A stretch of 59,546 bases of DNA from an uncultured bacterium (GTDB taxonomy: Bacteria > Patescibacteriota > Minisyncoccia > Phycocordibacterales > Phycocordibacteraceae): NCBI GenBank assembly GCA_947085985.1, contig CAMTYL010000004.1, forward strand, positions 1-59,546, in the 5' to 3' direction. Below are positions 55,998 through 59,546 of the stretch, one piece after another (within the stretch, counting starts at the first letter, position 1; each line of letters starts with the position of its first letter). The notes below the pieces were generated by a model. It did no database searches, had not been told where the DNA came from, and saw nothing but the letters and a program-made list of their open reading frames with translations. Position numbers and translations under genes: made by a program.

Positions 55998-56913
55998 GCC
56001 TTATATATTCCATTAGTGCTGCTGAAATATATTCAGCCAACTTCACAGGAACTGCGTTCCCAATAAGCTGGTTAAGGGTAGTCTTAGGTCCTTCAAAAAC
56101 GAAATCTTCTGGGAAGGTTTGAATTAAGCTTCGTTCCTTATAGGTAAGTGTTCGAACAGACGGATTCAGTGGTATCGGGTCAGTAGGATGACCAGGATAG
56201 CCACTTGGAACCGGCCTATCGACTCCTCGAATAGTCATAGAGGGCTCATGGATACTGAAAATACCTCTGCGACTGTAGGATCGTGGCACTCTGAAATAAT
56301 ACTCAAAGCCTAATGAGTTACCAAAGTAGTCAAAAATCGTCGTTTGCTTTTCACTCTGACCTTTGACCAACCTATCTAATAGAAAGTCATCCTTGCCACC
56401 AAGCTCACCTATAACTACGAAACGCTTTCTTATTTGAGGTGCTCCGCAACGACTAGCATCTAAGACTAAGTGTGTGAGTCCGTATCCTAATTTACTAAAC
56501 TTCTTCATAATTTTTGGGAAGACTTCACTCTTCTGAATTCGCGGGACATTCTCCATTACAAAATACTTCGGCTTTATATCTGCAATAATTTTAGAGAACG
56601 AAATAGTCAATTCAGCTCTTCCTAGATTTTCATCACGATGTCCGGCACTAGAGAAATCTTGGCATGGAGGTCCCCCAATAATAATGTCTGGTTTGAAGGA
56701 TTTAATATCTTCCAAGTCTGAAGTGTCACCCAAATCCTTTTTGAAAATCGGATGCTTAAAGTTCTTCTTGTAAACCTCTATAGCCGGGTCCCAATTATCA
56801 AAAGCGGCAACAACATTAAAGCCTGAGTTCTCAAATCCTAGTGACAGACCTCCACAACCAGAGAAAAGATCCACGACAGTTGGAGCTACTTTTTTTGATT
56901 TGTTAGTTTTCAT
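55984..56913 (-). CDS. DNA (cytosine-5)-methyltransferase, copy 1
   Basis: Motif I DLFSGCGGLSLGF, motif IV GGPPCQDFS, motif VI ENV, motif VIII QIRKRFVVIG, motif X GNAVPV. Paralog of copy 2. Confidence 0.9.
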   Translation of the reverse strand: MKTNKSKKVAPTVVDLFSGCGGLSLGFENSGFNVVAAFDNWDPAIEVYKKNFKHPIFKKDLGDTSDLEDIKSFKPDIIIGGPPCQDFSSAGHRDENLGRAELTISFSKIIADIKPKYFVMENVPRIQKSEVFPKIMKKFSKLGYGLTHLVLDASRCGAPQIRKRFVVIGELGGKDDFLLDRLVKGQSEKQTTIFDYFGNSLGFEYYFRVPRSYSRRGIFSIHEPSMTIRGVDRPVPSGYPGHPTDPIPLNPSVRTLTYKERSLIQTFPEDFVFEGPKTTLNQLIGNAVPVKLAEYISAALMEYIRHEKN

Positions 56914-56916
56914 ATA

Positions 56917-57093
56917 TTAGTTCCCTCCCGTGTTAGAGCTAGCCTTGATAAAAGTCTCTAAATCCTTTTCTGATACCCTCCAATGCCCTACCTTGGATGC
57001 TTTTAGTTTCTTACTTTTGATATGCCGAAGGATAGTGCGGTCACACACCTTAAGCCTGTTCGCAGTCTCTTTTATGGTTAAAAGTGTATCCAT
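56917..57093 (-). CDS. small HTH DNA-binding protein (excisionase/MerR-type, 58 aa), first gene of the operon; not in the ORF track
   Basis: Hand translation of the minus strand: MDTLLTIKETANRLKVCDRTILRHIKSKKLKASKVGHWRVSEKDLETFIKASSNTGGN. Classic HTH_17 pattern. The stop lies 3 nt before the MTase start. Confidence 0.7.
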   Translation of the reverse strand: MDTLLTIKETANRLKVCDRTILRHIKSKKLKASKVGHWRVSEKDLETFIKASSNTGGN

Positions 57094-57180
57094 GTACAGA
57101 ATTGTCCTGTTTTGTACTATAGAGTATAGGGAAGTACAGATATATACCTAAATATACCGACATGTCCTGTATTGTCATAT
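57094..57180 (-). promoter_or_regulatory. Putative promoter/operator region of the HTH-MTase-MmeI-like-helicase operon
   Basis: Dense short direct repeats directly upstream of the HTH gene: tgtcctgt(t/a)ttgt at 57103-57117 and 57163-57177, gtacaga at 57094-57100 and 57134-57140, atatacc twice (57142-57158). Confidence 0.45.
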
Positions 57181-57280
57181 TACAATGACGGCTCGTAAAA
57201 TCCTGAGGCTATCCCCAGCTTGTGCAAGATTAGGTGGCCGTGACAGAACATCCTGGAAAGAGTTGTCTGGCAAAGAGAAC

Positions 57281-58210
57281 CTATGCACTCTTAAGGTATT
57301 TTGGAAAAACCGAACGAAACTTCTCTACGACACCAAGAAGCCATCCGAAGTAGGACTCCCAGTTCTCTTGGTTATTGAAGTCACCCTCATAAGAAACCTT
57401 GATACGGCTTGCTTTCTTGCCTGGCAACTCCATCCATTCCAGCCTCTCACTCAGTGCTGCTTCTATCTCGTCCTTGTGTGTAAGGATTTCAGCATAAAGT
57501 TCTTTGTTGTCGGGGATGTGTAATTCAACTCCAAACGTATTGTCTTTGGAATTGATAGTCATGGAGATATACGCCTCGCTGGTGCCAATACTCATATTGT
57601 TCCAGTGCTGAGGATTGCTCTTATGAAAGCGCAGGTTGCTATTGTTCTTCTTAGCGTATTCCTTGAGTGCGTTCCAGAAAGCCAATTGTTTTAGCTTAGT
57701 CTCGGTAAGTTCCCCACTTCCAACGGATTCCTTAACGGCTTTTGCCCAATCGTTTGGCTTTGAGATTATTTCGAACTTCGGAGCGAAGTCAGAATCCCCA
57801 ATCTGCCACAACTCAATCTTCAACAAATAAAACTCAATGTTTTCGTCAGTATGCTCATTAAGCCAGTCAATTGCACGACGATGCTCCTCTCTTACATCTT
57901 TCACCACCCAAATTATGGCCTCAGCGTCATATCCAGACGCGTAAGTAATTACCTTTCCAAGATGGTCATGGTTGGTAATCTCCAACTGATTCTCGATGAT
58001 AATCTTCTTTCCAGTGCCGTCTTCCTCAGCAAGGATATCGACGTTGAAATTCCCCACCGAGGCTTCGGTTTGAATTAGTTTTATCTCAAGACCAATCTCA
58101 TCTCCCAAAAGAGACAGATTCTCCTCTTGGGCAAGCCACTGTGTAAAATCATGGGCTTCGTGCCGCCAACCTTCGCGCAGCTCGACTCTTTTAAGCTTAC
58201 CTAGACTCAT
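57281..58210 (-). CDS. PD-(D/E)XK (NucS-like) N-terminal domain + DUF4268-like protein
   Basis: GNFNVDILAED...KIIIENQLEITNHDHLGKVITYASG...IIWVV.....HRRAIDWLN fits the family usually annotated DUF4268. Start set to ATG 58210 (the track start is TTG). Confidence 0.6.
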   Translation of the reverse strand: MSLGKLKRVELREGWRHEAHDFTQWLAQEENLSLLGDEIGLEIKLIQTEASVGNFNVDILAEEDGTGKKIIIENQLEITNHDHLGKVITYASGYDAEAIIWVVKDVREEHRRAIDWLNEHTDENIEFYLLKIELWQIGDSDFAPKFEIISKPNDWAKAVKESVGSGELTETKLKQLAFWNALKEYAKKNNSNLRFHKSNPQHWNNMSIGTSEAYISMTINSKDNTFGVELHIPDNKELYAEILTHKDEIEAALSERLEWMELPGKKASRIKVSYEGDFNNQENWESYFGWLLGVVEKFRSVFPKYLKSA

Positions 58211-58320
58211 TACCAAGAATAATAGCTCCCGACGGGAGAAACTCAAAAGTCCGAGATTCTCTTAACAGCTTAGACCCTCCTAGGGTTCCTGGGTCTCAAC
58301 TTTTTCGCTTCCTTATTAAA

Positions 58321-58869
58321 CTAAGTCTTAGATTTTAAGTAGTCTCGCAAATCTGTTTCTTTTATCCAATATCTATTGGCTACCGGCTCCCCATCTACTG
58401 ATGATATGAGTCTTACCTTGAGACCTTTCAACTTTCCTGCTTTGAGGTGTGCTCTGAAAGTGTGATAGGTACTAATTCCAGGAAGCATCTTTGCATTGCA
58501 TACTTGCCTAAGGTTGTACCAACCCTTCGTGTTCTTAGTTAAAGACAATTCTTCTTTTCGAGCCTTTCTCTGTTTCGGAATTGGCTTCATCTTTTTGGAC
58601 ACTATTCTGCCCTTAAGTTCATTCCTTTCGAAACGATCAATCAATTCCTGTAGATTCTTTCCTTCAACGAGATATCGCTTCCCTGACGCCTTCCCCCTAA
58701 CCTTTGGCTTTAAGATTCTAGAGAACTTGCGATGCGACATGTATTTGAGAATGGTTTTATAGGAAGTTACCCAATATATGAGATTCTCCTCACGAATCTC
58801 TCGTGCACTATACATTCGTGCGCTCTCAACAGCTCTGTTCCGGACTTTTGCCCTCATTACAAGAAGCAT
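58321..58869 (-). CDS. tandem excisionase-like HTH domain protein
   Basis: Two internal repeats (YSAREIREE...GKRYLVEGKNLQELIDRFERNELKG and WYNLRQV...ANRYWIKETDLRDYLKS) related to the N-terminus of ORF 47838-48590. Confidence 0.5.
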   Translation of the reverse strand: MLLVMRAKVRNRAVESARMYSAREIREENLIYWVTSYKTILKYMSHRKFSRILKPKVRGKASGKRYLVEGKNLQELIDRFERNELKGRIVSKKMKPIPKQRKARKEELSLTKNTKGWYNLRQVCNAKMLPGISTYHTFRAHLKAGKLKGLKVRLISSVDGEPVANRYWIKETDLRDYLKSKT

Positions 58870-59150
58870 AGCACCGCCTTAAGGCGTTGCCGAGGCGATT
58901 TCTATTATTTCGAGAATCTCGCAGATTCTATATCGGCACCCCTGAAATGAGGTATTCGTATTTTGATAAGGAGGTTGGTGATGGGAGGTTCTAATCTCAA
59001 AGCACCCGAGTTCTATATTTGTATAGATTGATTACCCTCTACTCATTTTGATACCCTACCAACTGTCCACCACAGAGAGGAAATATGAGGCTCTGCTTTC
59101 CAATAATGAGGTTCTAACCTGACGTAACCAGTTCCACTAATTTAATTGTT

Positions 59151-59177
59151 GGAAAACCGCCTGAACGGCGGTTTTCC
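59151..59177 (-). terminator. rho-independent terminator
   Basis: ggaaaaccgcc-tgaac-ggcggttttcc downstream of ORF 59196-59540. Confidence 0.7.
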
Positions 59178-59195
59178 AACGTAAACCTCAAATGC

Positions 59196-59540
59196 TTATA
59201 TCGCTTCGAGATTATATACCGCGGGAAGTTTTGTTGGATCAACCTTCACCGTTGAGGTAATCAAGTCGTACAGCTTCTTTGCATATTCACGACTGACCAC
59301 AGGAGAGTACCTTACGCGCAGGTCTTCTTCACTGTTATAGCTCACGCTAATCAGCATTGAATAATCACTGTCCTTAAAATACAGCTTGTAGAGATATCGG
59401 CCGGAGTTTGGATACGTATCCCTTTCGTCTATTTCAAACACCGTACCGAGAGCTGTTTCTGTTCTTGTGTACTTCTCCCCTTCCTTTTTTAATCTCGCTT
59501 CATGTTCATTTGCATCCGGAAGAATGCTTCCGTGTCGCAA
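59196..59540 (-). CDS. hypothetical protein, probably 5'-truncated by the window edge
   Basis: The frame is open to the end of the window and the annotated start is TTG. Confidence 0.35.
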   Translation of the reverse strand: MRHGSILPDANEHEARLKKEGEKYTRTETALGTVFEIDERDTYPNSGRYLYKLYFKDSDYSMLISVSYNSEEDLRVRYSPVVSREYAKKLYDLITSTVKVDPTKLPAVYNLEAI

Positions 59541-59546
59541 GAACCT

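Larger units (their letters stand above)
43960..59546. mobile_element. Integrated mobile element (genomic island or prophage/plasmid-like) at the 3' end of ssrA; right end beyond the window
   Basis: The sequence becomes visibly AT-richer at the tmRNA 3' end. A large serine recombinase sits at the border. It carries a replication-initiator-like gene, excisionase-like HTH genes, many small orphan ORFs and an R-M/defence-like operon, and almost all its genes are on the minus strand. Confidence 0.65.

Noticed and set aside
49405-57093. Assignment of the operon to BREX, DISARM, or a type I/III R-M system
   Set aside because: It has no PglZ, BrxC/PglY, BrxL, DrmB (DUF1998), PLD, HsdS/HsdR or Mod-type N6/N4 MTase genes. 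The MmeI-like protein resembles PglX only at the family level. I have therefore left it as a candidate new arrangement, not a named system.
56930-57151. 73-aa plus-strand ORF from the track
   Set aside because: The translation is hydrophobic and low-quality. The opposite strand encodes a clean HTH protein (56917-57093) in operon register with the methyltransferases.
43960-59546. Direct repeat of the tmRNA 3' end marking the right island boundary
   Set aside because: I scanned the intergenic regions of the island by eye for the ggagttcaactctccgcacctcc core and found no copy. The right end is probably outside the window, and serine integrases need no long repeat.

Overview
The window has three parts by composition and gene content. 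All coordinates for non-ORF features were hand-counted and may be off by 1-3 nt. GC statements are by-eye impressions. Homology calls come from motif recognition, not from searches.

(A) 1-7.4 kb is a mosaic left end. It holds a GC-rich partial IS5-family element, an AT-rich block of small orphan ORFs, and a 5'-truncated HD-domain gene remnant flanked by short tandem repeats. After these come crtI, rlpA (DPBB+SPOR), an RlmI-like methyltransferase and two tRNA-Thr genes.

(B) 7.4-43.9 kb is a housekeeping block that looks like a small-genome monoderm or CPR-like bacterium (inference). It encodes glmS, gatCA, ligA, recG, ftsH, malic enzyme and smpB plus tmRNA. It also carries a complete secretin-less type IV pilus cluster (pilM/N/O, pilB, receiver protein, pilT, pilC, two major pilins, pilD, four minor pilins). 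The tRNA genes in this block are Asp, Ser, Ile(UAU) and two with a CAU anticodon, one of which is split by a 218-nt group I intron.

(C) 43.96 kb to the window end is an AT-richer integrated element. It starts with a large serine recombinase whose ORF runs into the 3' end of the tmRNA gene. It carries small phage/plasmid-like genes, a replication-initiator-like wHTH protein and excisionase-like HTH paralogs.

The most interesting signal is in block C. It is a tightly overlapping six-gene minus-strand operon (49405-57093), made up of:
- a small HTH protein (missed by the ORF track)
- two paralogous C5-cytosine methyltransferases
- an MmeI-family protein whose methyltransferase motif IV and nuclease motif look degenerate
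- an SF2 (ResIII-like) helicase
- a T5orf172/GIY-YIG-like protein

I could not match this operon to any named defence system.
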